A stretch of 64,000 nucleotides of DNA from Nitrospiraceae bacterium (GTDB taxonomy: Bacteria; Nitrospirota; Nitrospiria; Nitrospirales; Nitrospiraceae), in assembly GCA_050246315.1 (NCBI GenBank), contig JBFWWG010000007.1:64001-128000 (forward strand), read 5' to 3'. The notes below the pieces were generated by a model. That model searched no databases. It was given only the letters and a program-made list of their open reading frames with translations, and was not told where the DNA came from. This document shows positions 23,184 to 33,084 of the stretch, piece by piece. The first letter of the stretch is position 1, and each line of letters opens with the position of its first letter. A program made the position numbers and the translations under genes.

Positions 23184-23984
23184 ATGACAACACCAAGACC
23201 GGCTCCATTGCAGGAACGCGACATCACCCGGCACATCGCCCGGGAGTACCATAAAGAATTCGACCAGCTCATCGAGAGCGACGTGATCATCGTCGGAGCC
23301 GGCCCATCGGGCTTGATCTGCGCCCATGACCTGGCGGCGATGGGGTTCCGGACCTTGATCGTCGAACAGTCACTGGCGCTTGGCGGCGGGTTCTGGCACG
23401 GCGGCTATCTGATGAACAAGGCCACCATCTGCGAACCGGCCAACGAGATTCTTGAAGGAATCGGCGTGCCCTGCAAACGGATCAAGGAATGTGAGGGCAT
23501 GTACATGGTTGATCCACCGTACGCGACCGGGGCTCTCATCGCCGCCGCCTACCGGGCCGGGGCAAAGGTCTTGAACCTCACCAGGGTCGTGGATCTCATT
23601 CTGCGGCGGGAGGGGGTGCTGGAAGGAGTCGTGGTCAACAATACGACGGCGGAAATGGCCGGGCACGACGTCATTCACGTCGATCCCATTGCTCTGGAAA
23701 GCAAGATCGTGGTCGATGCGACCGGCCACGACGCCGTCGTGGTGGGATTGCTCCACCGGCGCAATCTCTATCAGCGGGTGCCGGGCAACGGGGCCATGTG
23801 GGTGTCCCGATCGGAAGAAGAAGTCATGAATCGGACCGGCGAGGTGTATCCGAATTGCTTTGTCATCGGGCTGGCGGTGGCGGCCGTCAACGGCACGCCT
23901 CGCATGGGGCCGGCCTTCGGCTCCATGTTGTTGTCCGGCCGATACGGCGCCGAGTTGATTAAGAAGAAACTGAAGCAGGAGTGA
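23184..23984 (+). CDS. thi4: Thi4-type (sulfide-dependent) adenosine diphosphate thiazole synthase
   Basis: DVIIVGAGPSGL, LGGGFWHGG, HVDPI, DATGHDA, GAMWV, PRMGPAFGSMLLSG; directly after thiC. Confidence 0.92.
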   Translation: MTTPRPAPLQERDITRHIAREYHKEFDQLIESDVIIVGAGPSGLICAHDLAAMGFRTLIVEQSLALGGGFWHGGYLMNKATICEPANEILEGIGVPCKRIKECEGMYMVDPPYATGALIAAAYRAGAKVLNLTRVVDLILRREGVLEGVVVNNTTAEMAGHDVIHVDPIALESKIVVDATGHDAVVVGLLHRRNLYQRVPGNGAMWVSRSEEEVMNRTGEVYPNCFVIGLAVAAVNGTPRMGPAFGSMLLSGRYGAELIKKKLKQE

Positions 23985-23997
23985 GGCACTTTTCTTT

Positions 23998-24122
23998 GCG
24001 GCTGTTCAAACCCGTCACTCAGCGAGGCCGCAAGGAGTGAATACCCCGAGGCGTACTCTTTCTCGTACGTCGAGGGAGATGAACGACTGAGAACGACGCT
24101 GATGGCGGGTTTCAACAGCCGC
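23998..24122. mobile_element. MITE-like element with terminal inverted repeats
   Basis: GCGGCTGTTCAAACCCGTCA ... TGGCGGGTTTCAACAGCCGC; internal GGCGTAC/GTACGTC palindrome; no coding capacity. Confidence 0.7.
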
Positions 24123-24124
24123 TT

Positions 24125-24640
24125 ATGGATGTACAAGATTTTCTAGCCCAGGGCGAAGGCCGCGAAGAAGACAAACGCGAAGCGTGGCAGCTTTTCCAGC
24201 AAGCCTTCGAGTTGCAACGAAAGGGTGAGTTGGAGGAAGCCGTCCGCCTCTACAAGCGGTCGATCGACGCCTACCCGACTGCCGAAGCCTATACGTTTCT
24301 CGGGTGGACCTACAGCTTCATGGGGCGGATCGACGAGGCGATCGAGGAATGCCACCATGCGATCTCGCAGGACCCGGATTTCGGCAACCCCTACAACGAT
24401 ATCGGCGCATACCTGATCGAGAAGGGGCAATTCGACGACTCCATTCCCTGGTTCGAGCGCGCCATGCAGGCCAGGCGGTATGAAAGCCCGGAGTATCCAC
24501 ACCTGAATCTCGGCCGAGTTTATGAGCGCAAAGGCGATTGGCCCAAGGCGATTGACTGTTACAAACGGGCGCTCACGCTCAACCCCAATTACGCGCTCGC
24601 CAAGAAGTCGCTGGGACGGCTGATCAGTTCGATGAACTAA
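24125..24640 (+). CDS. TPR-repeat protein
   Basis: AEAYTFLGWTYS, GNPYNDIGAYL, PHLNLGRVYE TPR helices. Confidence 0.88.
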   Translation: MDVQDFLAQGEGREEDKREAWQLFQQAFELQRKGELEEAVRLYKRSIDAYPTAEAYTFLGWTYSFMGRIDEAIEECHHAISQDPDFGNPYNDIGAYLIEKGQFDDSIPWFERAMQARRYESPEYPHLNLGRVYERKGDWPKAIDCYKRALTLNPNYALAKKSLGRLISSMN

Positions 24641-24660
24641 TCAAATTGAAATCTCCTGCA

Positions 24661-25044
24661 ATGACCGACCAGACGAAAACGATCCTCGTCGTGATCAACG
24701 ACCTTTTCTTTTACACGAAGCTGCGCGATGCCCTGCTTCCTCAGGGCTACAAGCTGGAGCGGGCTCGCACGCAGGAGGATTTCGCGTCGAAGGCCGCCGC
24801 GATCGGTCCTGATGCAGTGGTCATGAACCTCAACGACCTCAGTCTGGACCCGTTCCGAGCACTGACGTTGTTGAAGGCTGATCCTGTATTGGCCAAGGTG
24901 CCGGTGTTGGCCTTCGCCAACCATGAGGAAGTGGAGACCTGGCATCGTGCAAAGACTCTTGGTGTCTCGAAGATCGTCTCGCGCAATGAGTTTTCCGCAC
25001 GAACGAGCGCGTTGGTTCAAGAAGTCATGGGAGGCCGTCCATGA
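24661..25044 (+). CDS. Receiver-like (CheY-fold) protein lacking the canonical phosphoacceptor
   Basis: TILVVIND...PDAVVMNL...LKADPVLAKVPVLAF...AKTLGV. Confidence 0.65.
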   Translation: MTDQTKTILVVINDLFFYTKLRDALLPQGYKLERARTQEDFASKAAAIGPDAVVMNLNDLSLDPFRALTLLKADPVLAKVPVLAFANHEEVETWHRAKTLGVSKIVSRNEFSARTSALVQEVMGGRP

Positions 25045-26141
25045 ACCCGTTACGCCTGAGAGACGAACATGCCGCGGCCGGAGCCGAGTTTGGCGATGCA
25101 TTCGGCTGGGAGGTGCCGCTGCGTTACGGTGATCCTGCAGACGAACACCAGGCCGTTCGCCAAGCCGTTGGGCTGTCCGATCTGTGCCACCGGGGCATCC
25201 TCCGGGTGACCGGCGACGATCGGGTGAAGTGGCTCCAGAGCATCATCAGCAACGACCTCATGCCCCTGAAACCGGGCCAGTATCTCTATTCAAGCTTGCT
25301 CACGCACAAAGGCAGGATGCTCTCTTATTTCCGCTGCTACATACAGGAAGACGCGGTGTTGCTGGAAGACGTGGGGGAAGTCGGGGACCTAACCTATCAG
25401 GCAATCCGGAAATTCCTCCTGTACGGCACCAAGGCCAAGCTTCAGAATCTTTCAGAAACCTGGGGACTACTCCTCGTGAGCGGCCCGAGAGCCGCGGAGC
25501 TGATCAGGACTTCGTTCGGTCTCGACACCGCTTCGCTCCAGCCCCTGCGGTTCATCAGCCACAACCTCGAAGGATCACCTGCACTGTTCAGTCGCACGGA
25601 GGAGACGGGAGAGACCGACATCGAAATTCTCCTCCCCAGCGACAGGCTCGGATCGGTCTGGCAGCAACTCCTGGCTGCGGGCCGTCCGTTCGGGCTGAAA
25701 CCGGTTGGATCAGAGGCACGGCAGGCCCTGCGAATGGAAGCGGGGATCCCAGCTATTGGAATCGATTTGACGGAAGACATTGTACCCCCGGAAGCGAATC
25801 TGGAAGGCAAAGCATTCAGCCTGACCAAAGGCTGTTATCCGGGACAAGAGGTCGTGGCGCGGATGGACACCTACGGGAGCGTCCGGCGTCACCTGGTGGG
25901 ACTCGTGGTCGAGGGATCGACGGTCCCACCGAAGGGAGCGAAACTGTTCAGCGGGGATCGCGAGGTGGGATGGATCAGTAGTGCGGTCCACTCTCCTCAG
26001 TTGGGACAGGTCATCGCCTTTGGTTTCCCGCTGCGGGACTTCAGCAAGCCGGAGACCTCGTTGAGCATCGAACTGGACAGCCGCCGGGTCCACGCGACCG
26101 TCCAGGCCCTACCGTTCTACCGCCGGTCCTCTCCCGCCTGA
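25041..26141 (+). CDS. ygfZ: YgfZ/GcvT-family folate-binding protein
   Basis: GcvT-like N-terminus and signature KGCYPGQEVVAR. Confidence 0.85.
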   Translation: MNPLRLRDEHAAAGAEFGDAFGWEVPLRYGDPADEHQAVRQAVGLSDLCHRGILRVTGDDRVKWLQSIISNDLMPLKPGQYLYSSLLTHKGRMLSYFRCYIQEDAVLLEDVGEVGDLTYQAIRKFLLYGTKAKLQNLSETWGLLLVSGPRAAELIRTSFGLDTASLQPLRFISHNLEGSPALFSRTEETGETDIEILLPSDRLGSVWQQLLAAGRPFGLKPVGSEARQALRMEAGIPAIGIDLTEDIVPPEANLEGKAFSLTKGCYPGQEVVARMDTYGSVRRHLVGLVVEGSTVPPKGAKLFSGDREVGWISSAVHSPQLGQVIAFGFPLRDFSKPETSLSIELDSRRVHATVQALPFYRRSSPA

Positions 26142-26183
26142 TCAACCTCGGCTGAAGCGATTTCGGTCAGGAGCCCTTCGGGG

Positions 26184-26666
26184 CTACTTCTCCGGGTTTC
26201 GCGCGGACGTAACCGCCGCGGCAAAATTCAACAGAGTCTTTCGTTCCGCATCTTCCAGCGCCAGCAGCAGGTGTGCCTCCTCGCCATGCATCAGCCTCAG
26301 GCTGAGAAACGGGTCCTCCTGCCGCTTCTCGCGGTTGTTCCAAAGCGCGTCGATCACCTGCACCTTGTCCAACTGGCCAACCGAGACGATGTCGTAACGA
26401 AAGTACGAGTCCCCGATGACCATATCGAAGACCACGCCTCCTGCCGTCAAGGCCAACACATTGAACCGTCCCTGGTCTTCGTAGCCTTCCGGCAAAAACT
26501 TATTGATGTGGAAATGCGCGACCTTGCGGTCCCCCAGCGCCGCCTGCACATTCTTCCTGAGCGCCTCATAGTCGATCTGCAATGCTTTTTCATCCGGCCC
26601 GGTCGCCGCCACGGCGGCATCCTTGACCCGCTCAAATACGTCGTTCGCTGTGATGCCTGCTCCCAT
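26184..26666 (-). CDS. Hypothetical protein
   Basis: 160-aa ORF with GGAGAG RBS and host-like codon usage; no motif recognised. Confidence 0.7.
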   Translation of the reverse strand: MGAGITANDVFERVKDAAVAATGPDEKALQIDYEALRKNVQAALGDRKVAHFHINKFLPEGYEDQGRFNVLALTAGGVVFDMVIGDSYFRYDIVSVGQLDKVQVIDALWNNREKRQEDPFLSLRLMHGEEAHLLLALEDAERKTLLNFAAAVTSARNPEK

Positions 26667-26724
26667 CGTGCTCTCCCCTTTCTGGTCTTCGCCATCTCCT
26701 TGCAAACACAGCCAATTGGAGTGA

Positions 26725-26970
26725 TCAGGATGGCCGGATCGATCGCCGCGCCCGGATCACGCCCATGACTCCGATCGCCGCCCAGGAGAACTCCAAGAGA
26801 ATGAATCCCGCTTGCTGTTCAACCAGCGCCACCAGGCCGAGCAACAGCGATCCGAGAATATTCAGTGCCAAATACCCGCCGTCCAGCTCGCGCCAAATGC
26901 CGTTCTGATTCAATCCATAGGCCACCAGCACCATCACCGCCCCGATCACCGACAGAACTTGAAGCCACAT
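26725..26970 (-). CDS. Small membrane protein (CBU_0592-like)
   Basis: Three hydrophobic helices; YLALNILGS, FILLEFSW. Confidence 0.7.
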   Translation of the reverse strand: MWLQVLSVIGAVMVLVAYGLNQNGIWRELDGGYLALNILGSLLLGLVALVEQQAGFILLEFSWAAIGVMGVIRARRSIRPS

Positions 26971-27135
26971 CGCCGCATCCGTTCCGCCCGCGGACGCAGG
27001 ACCTCACTCTTCCAGACCGACAGTGGCCGTCAGATCGTCCTGCGTAGGGCGTCGTACCGTACCTGGTCGGCGTTCGAGAATGCAAGCGAGCAGCCGGCCG
27101 GATTCAAATGATTCGAAAGGCGCGACGACCGAGTG

Positions 27136-28656
27136 CTAACGAGCCGCCACTTGGTGAGTGTGACGGACCGTTCCCTCTTCGTCTGCAATCTGCACCTGAA
27201 ACCGCTGCCGGTCAGCCGTCACAAGCCCGAAGTTGAAGTACCCCGAATCGGAGAACAGATTGGTGGGGCGGAACGTCGGCGCAGGCGTGACCGGACGAGC
27301 GGGATTCGCCGACAAGGGGCCGGCGATGAATTCATGAAAATCCGGTACCCCGTCGCCCGACGGATCGTAGGCATTGGCTTGGACGTAGTGGACGTCGGCG
27401 GCGAGCCATACGACGTTGCGGATGTCGCGGCTCAGGATCGTCTCGACGATCAGGCTCAACTCATACTCGAATCCCGTCCCGTCATTGGCCCGGGCCCAAC
27501 TGTCGTGTCCAGGCGCGCTGATCGTCCCTCCTTTCCGATTGTTGGAAAGCGGCACGCTGGTCACGATGACCTTCCAGGTCGCAGTCGATTCCGCCAGGCC
27601 CCGCAACAGCCAGTCCCGTTGATTGGCTCCCAGCATCGTCTTGCCGGGACCGTCGGGGTCGCTGTTGCGGCTGCGGTACTGCCGCGTGTCGAGGATGAAG
27701 AGTTCCACGTCCGCGCCGTATCGGAATCCTCGATAGAGCCTCGTCGGGTCATCCTGCGGGGTTCCGATCGGCCAATAGTCCAACAACGCCTGACGACCGG
27801 CCGGCATCTGCGAATCGTAGGGTCCCGAGAAATTGTTGCGAACCTCGTGATCGTCCCAGGTCACCAATACCGGCGTTTCGCTCAGGAATCGCCTGAGACT
27901 GGAGGCACCCCGCTGGTAGCGATGCTTGGCGCGATATTGGTCCACGGTTTCCGCGGCAAACGAACTGCCCGCCACGTTCGGAGGAGCGCCGCAGACCTCA
28001 TCCCCATACACGGTGTCCCCAACGAATAGCATGGCTTCGGCCTGCTGATTCCTCATGCGGTCGAAGATGGGATATTCGTCCTGGCCAGTCCGACATCGCC
28101 CCTGTCCGCCAAGATCGGCGCTCCAGAGCAACCTGATCGGGCTGTGCTCCGTGACTGTCGGCGCAGTGCGAAACGTCCCTTCCTCACTCGGCTTGGCCGC
28201 GTTGCCGAAAGAAGCGGCCTCGTCCACGGCCGCCGCCCAAAACCGATAGCGATACCTGGTCGCAGGACGGAGACCGGAAATTTTCACCTTCACCGTATAA
28301 TCATCGGCAGCGCTCGTGGCCCGGAGCGCGCTTGCTTGGGAAGCTTCAGCCGGAGGAGGAGCCTTCGCCTGAGCCCGTCCTGACACGGTTCCATCGGTAG
28401 CAGTACCAGCTTCATCCCACCATTCCGCTTGAATGATGCGAGGACCGTTGGTCCTGGTCCAGATGACCGCTGTCTGGTCCGTAATATCGCCGCTGGCGAG
28501 ACCTTGGACAAAAGGACCGATCGGGGCCTCTTCCTCCGTGAACGGGCTGCCCGGCGGCAGGCCTTCCTTGTAGACAGGGGCACAACTTGCGAAGAGTACG
28601 AAGAGACCGGCTGCGAGGCCACCACGCAAGGAGAAGAGCTGACCACAGTGGACCAT
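27136..28656 (-). CDS. phoD: Alkaline phosphatase D family, probable lipoprotein (start uncertain, ORF open to 28695)
   Basis: QGLASGD, VIWTR, VGDTVYGD, WDDHEVRNN, LDTRQYR, TMLGANQ, AADVH; lipobox-like LFASC. Confidence 0.9.
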   Translation of the reverse strand: MVHCGQLFSLRGGLAAGLFVLFASCAPVYKEGLPPGSPFTEEEAPIGPFVQGLASGDITDQTAVIWTRTNGPRIIQAEWWDEAGTATDGTVSGRAQAKAPPPAEASQASALRATSAADDYTVKVKISGLRPATRYRYRFWAAAVDEAASFGNAAKPSEEGTFRTAPTVTEHSPIRLLWSADLGGQGRCRTGQDEYPIFDRMRNQQAEAMLFVGDTVYGDEVCGAPPNVAGSSFAAETVDQYRAKHRYQRGASSLRRFLSETPVLVTWDDHEVRNNFSGPYDSQMPAGRQALLDYWPIGTPQDDPTRLYRGFRYGADVELFILDTRQYRSRNSDPDGPGKTMLGANQRDWLLRGLAESTATWKVIVTSVPLSNNRKGGTISAPGHDSWARANDGTGFEYELSLIVETILSRDIRNVVWLAADVHYVQANAYDPSGDGVPDFHEFIAGPLSANPARPVTPAPTFRPTNLFSDSGYFNFGLVTADRQRFQVQIADEEGTVRHTHQVAAR

Positions 28657-28793
28657 GTCGCTCAGTCGTTTACAGGAAGGAGTCAGGAGCGTCAAGACAA
28701 GTTTGAGGCTGACAGGATTGAGGCGAATGAAATTATGGCCGGTTGCTTTCCGAGAGCGGCGTTGGGCATACTAGATCCCGAAAGGGCAGACCA

Positions 28794-29033
28794 ATGACCA
28801 GCGAACGTTGTCTCGTTCAGGACTGTACCGCCCGACCCTATGCGCCGGCAGGCACGGGCGCGATCTGTAAGCCGCATTTCATCGATTTCCTGACATGGCG
28901 CCGCCGCCGCGGGCTTCAGATGTTTCTGAAATACGCCGGCATGACCATGCCCGAGCGCGATGTGATCGTCGAAGAATGGCGCAAGACCGTCAAGGTCGAA
29001 GAAGCGCCGATCGCCCCGACTGCAAAACCCTGA
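28794..29033 (+). CDS. Small hypothetical protein with C-x4-C...C-x2-H motif
   Basis: MTSERCLVQDC...ICKPH; AAAGGG upstream. Confidence 0.6.
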   Translation: MTSERCLVQDCTARPYAPAGTGAICKPHFIDFLTWRRRRGLQMFLKYAGMTMPERDVIVEEWRKTVKVEEAPIAPTAKP

Positions 29034-29212
29034 GTCGTCCGCCCCGTTGGTTTACTTCTCTCCGTCGAACTGTACCTCACGCCCTGATTGTCCCCCTCTT
29101 CCCAAAGCAGACGTATTTGTGGCAAACGAAGCCGCAGGGCAATGCAAGTCGTTCGCGGCAGGCACAGGAACTAAACGTATCTGATGGAACGCTGGCGACG
29201 CCACCGATCACC

Positions 29213-32200
29213 CTACCGTTGGCCTTCGTCACCAACACCGTCGCCTGACTTGTCGTCGTACTCGTCATAGCTCCTGTTTCGCATTTCCTTTCTGGACTCA
29301 GCGCGCCGCTGTTCCGATGCAATCCTGAGGTCGAGTTCTGCGATATGACTTTCGGCGAACGCCCTAACCGTGGACCTTTCATCTGTTAGCCATTCTGTCA
29401 ATGATTCCTTCCTGGCCTGCAATGCTTCTGAAAAGCCAAATTCTCCCCTTACAACTCCAGTGTTGTCGATACTGACCCGGACCTCGTTCAATTTGTGCTG
29501 GTCATCTGGAAACCGCGACACAATTTCCTTCAACACAACGTGGACAGAAGTCACACCGTCATAGTTCTGCAGTATCGCCAGCGCGAAATCTGCCTCCGTA
29601 TCACCGCCGGTTTTTACCAAGTCGGCAAGTGCGGTAGCGAACTCCGGAGTGCAGTTGGTGAACACATTGCTAAGCAGGCGCCCCCCCTCGAAACTGGAAA
29701 AGCCTTCGGTCTTGAGTGAACCACGATAGCCCTTTGCTGATTGCGAGCGACGGGTTCTTCGAGAGCTCCTTTTCAAGGCCATGGAACTGAAACGGCACCG
29801 CCTCGAAGCGATCTTCGTCCTCACCGTCAGCGGCCTCATGGGAAAGCCGAACTCCGAAATAGTCCCAGACTGCCTCTGGCTGGCGATCGGCAAGCCGGAC
29901 CAAGACACGCTCGGCTTTATAGTTTAGCCTGCGAAGATAGCCCAGATTTTTCAAGAGCTGCACCGTCACCTCCTGGGTAAGTTCCTCATAGAACTTCGTG
30001 GCCTTCTGCAGAAACCACCCTTGCGAGACCCAACTCGGGTCTTTTCGGTCATTTAGAAAGGCCAGGGCGTCACGCACGAACGTGTCTGGGTCTGCGATCT
30101 TCTCCGTTCCGTAATGCTCCAAAGCGAAGAGCAGGCATTCAATGACAGCTGTTTGGTCGCCTTTTTCAATCGCGCGTTTCAGTAGGCGAGTAGCGAAATC
30201 GGGCCTCTTCACATCGGAGTACCGCAGGTGCCGTGCTAGGCCAGTGAGGTTTTTGGCAGACTCAAGCTCACTCTCCAAGATCCGCTCATAAATATCAGCT
30301 CGGCTGCCCACAGCGAGTCCATTGAGGAAGCCAGCAAGAAAGATGCGTAGGTCATCCGAGGCCTTTGCTAAAAACCTGTCAGCTACTTCGGGCTTGCTCT
30401 CAGCCAGCTTGCTGATGAAATTGCCGAAAACCGGGAAGGTGGCAAGATCGCTCGACCTCGTTTGCGCGCAACGCTCTACCAGGTCGAACCAGTCGTTCTC
30501 ATTCTCCGGGTTGATCTCATCGATGTAGCGGTCAGCTTCACTATGCCGATATTGGTCGGCTCTTTCTAGTTCGAACTCCTCGTCGGTCCAGTGATCTGGA
30601 TAAGCAGATTCAAAGCCTACCAGGACTTTATATCGGACAAACCGATCATCGGTGTTGATTGTGTCTCGAAACCTAAAGATGGCAGCCACGAGTGCCATGG
30701 CTTCGGCCTGACAACCGAACCGATTGCCCGAGTCTTCTGTAAGACCCTTCACCCTGAAATAGTCGTAGAGGAAGCGGTGCTCTAAGTGCTGAAGCAGCTC
30801 GTAGCTCATCACGCCAGCGCGTTCCAACACGAAGTTAACAATGCGTGTGGCATCCTTGAGCGTGATGGACAAGAGCTCATTAGAATATTGCCCTCGATGG
30901 GGAGTCCTTGTTGCGGCGTCCAGCGATGAAAGAACTGCGCGCTTCTGTACATCGTCGGTCGATCTATCATAGGCTGCGAAAAGGACTTTGATTGCCTTGT
31001 CGCGCACTTCTCTGAGCTGATCGGATGCGGGCACGGCGCCTGTGCTAAAGACTACGGAGTCTGCCTTCCACTTTGTGCCGCTGATGTCTGATTGAATCGC
31101 TTCGGTCCAGACGGCAAGAGCGATGGGCCGGATCTTGTCCATCTCGACCTCGTTCATTTGAGCGAGGTGATCTACCAATGCCATCTGAAGCCTCGGCCCT
31201 ACCTGGTTGTACGCGTCGATGTTGTACTCGGACAGCTTCTTGACGGCGTTCACAATCTGCTGGCGAATGGCTTCGCTTGGCTCGTCCCGATAGATGTCGA
31301 TAAGCAGTTGCAGAGTTCCAACTATGTCGGCGTAGCGCAGATTCTCAACGATCTCCACGACAAGTCTCGTCACTGAATCGGCCTTGAAGCCCTCCATATT
31401 TCCGTAGGTCGTTTCCATCGGAACGGGCTCCGTGGCGCGCGCCGCTTTAACAGACCTCAGCAGAGGGCCTTTCAATGCCTCAAAGGCAGCCGGGAGGTCG
31501 TCGTAATTGGGAATGGCGTAATCTTTCAGTCCTGACAGAATCTCGTAACGCTCGTTGTTGTTCTGCGCATTGTCCAGCAGGTTGGCGATATCTTTGTCGA
31601 AGAGCTCCTTGCCTTGGAGGAGCCGTTCATATTCCTGCTGGGCTTTCTGAAACTCATATCCAGCCGGGATCAGATACTTGTCCATGATCCGAGCAAATCG
31701 GCTGGCGATACCTTTCATGGCTTTCTCGCCGTAGCCTTCGCCCAGCTTGTTCTTGTAGACGATGTCGTGTGAGGTCTCGGACCAAGCGTGCTCCAGAATG
31801 GTTTGGACCTGAATTTCGCACCGCAGGCCAGCGAATCTCGCATATTCTGGAAGGCGTAAGCGATCCTCGCGAAGCCGGACCGTGTAGTGAATTGCGCGAT
31901 ATTGCGCTCCTTGGTTCTCCGGGGTGGGGTGGTGGATCCTGGTCGAGTTCTCCTCGATCTCGAAATTTTCGTGAAATAGTGGTGAGGCCACGAAACGGTC
32001 AACATCATTGTTGGTGTAGAAGATAAGCCGGGCGCCGGCGAGATCGCGCCGGTCACGGTCCAGCGTCTGTGTATCCATTTTGCCGTCCTCAGCTAGGCGG
32101 CGCCGTAGACTTTCGATCCCTTTTGCACGGCACTGAACTGACTGAGGCCGGGGCAGGTTTGAGGCAGCTAGCAACGCCTTCTCCAAGATGAAGCGGACCG

Positions 32201-32258
32201 TTTCAGCAAAGGCTTCATAGGTCCCAAAATACTTCTTTTCGTAGTCGTTAAGGTTCAC
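29213..32258 (-). pseudogene. RelA/SpoT synthetase-domain protein with long helical C-terminus; frameshifted at a G7 run (29681-29687)
   Basis: Synthetase motifs RAKGIES, DLAGARLI, YRAIHY, EIQVQT, HAWSETSHDIVYK. ORF 29670-32258 ends FQFRGGAPA*; removing one G gives FQFRGGRLLSNVF... continuing to the stop at 29213 (1014 aa). Could be a sequencing error or a phase-variable state. Confidence 0.8.
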
Positions 32259-32527
32259 GACACTCAGATTTCGCTTCGAAGTTCATTCAGCACAATCACC
32301 GACGACCGGAGGAGCGTGCGTACGTCTGAAGCTAACACGGCGCACCTTGGTGGCTTGAGCGCCGTATAGAGTCACGTCCGCTTCTGGTCGATAGGGACCA
32401 TCCCCGGAAGAGTCGCCGCGTGGTGTTCAATACCGCATAACTATAAGTCTGCTGCAGCCTCCCCGTGCAGCCTAGCACGGTGCCCTCTACTACTCCTCCC
32501 CGCTCAGGCGAAGCGGCCATGTAGGCT

Positions 32528-33075
32528 CCCACTGCGCGTGTCCAACGAGGCCCTGCGTTCCTTCTCACCCGCCCCCCCGTGGCGCCGATACGCCACGTTT
32601 CCCGCAGGGCGCGCGTTGCACGAGCCGACTCCAAATATAACGTTCCTTCCAAGCTTGCTCGTCGTCTCGTTCTACCGGAAGGACACTCGTGCTGGTCCCA
32701 CTGCGGCCATCGAATGACTCTAATGTGCTCCTTCCAAGCTTGCTCACTGATATTCTTTCAGCAGGTAACTGGTAGGGTCTGAACTGCGCGCATCGAGGGA
32801 GCACATTCCGATCGTGCGGCCTCTGCGAGCATAGACCCTACCAGTTACCTCGCCCCTTCTCCGCGGACTCTGGTAGCAAGGGATCGGCATGAGTGTCCTT
32901 CCACTTCCTCTTCCTGCGCGTTCTGCGAGCACGGAAGGCAGACCGACCGCCAGACTTACCCTTTCACTACTTCAGTCGGGTGAGCTGGCTCATGCCCTCC
33001 TATTGCGCGCATCGAGGGAGCACATTCCGATCGTGCGGCCTCTGCGAGCACGGGAGGGCATGAGCCTGATCACCC
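32528..33075. repeat. Cluster of nested palindromic/direct repeats (REP/BIME-like)
   Basis: Identical 47-nt core at 32785-32831 and 33004-33050, each closed by a different perfect stem; 17-nt direct repeat TCCTTCCAAGCTTGCTC at 32644 and 32729; partial cores at ~32530, ~32700, ~32915. Confidence 0.85.
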
Positions 33076-33084
33076 TCCCCTTTC

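Noticed and set aside
32325..32370. Integron attC site upstream of the RelA/SpoT gene
   Set aside because: GTTAGCT does not fit GTTRRRY, no matching RYYYAAC/L-box structure, no integrase
32528..33075. CRISPR array interpretation of the repeats
   Set aside because: Only two full copies, irregular spacing, self-complementary flanks rather than spacers, no cas genes
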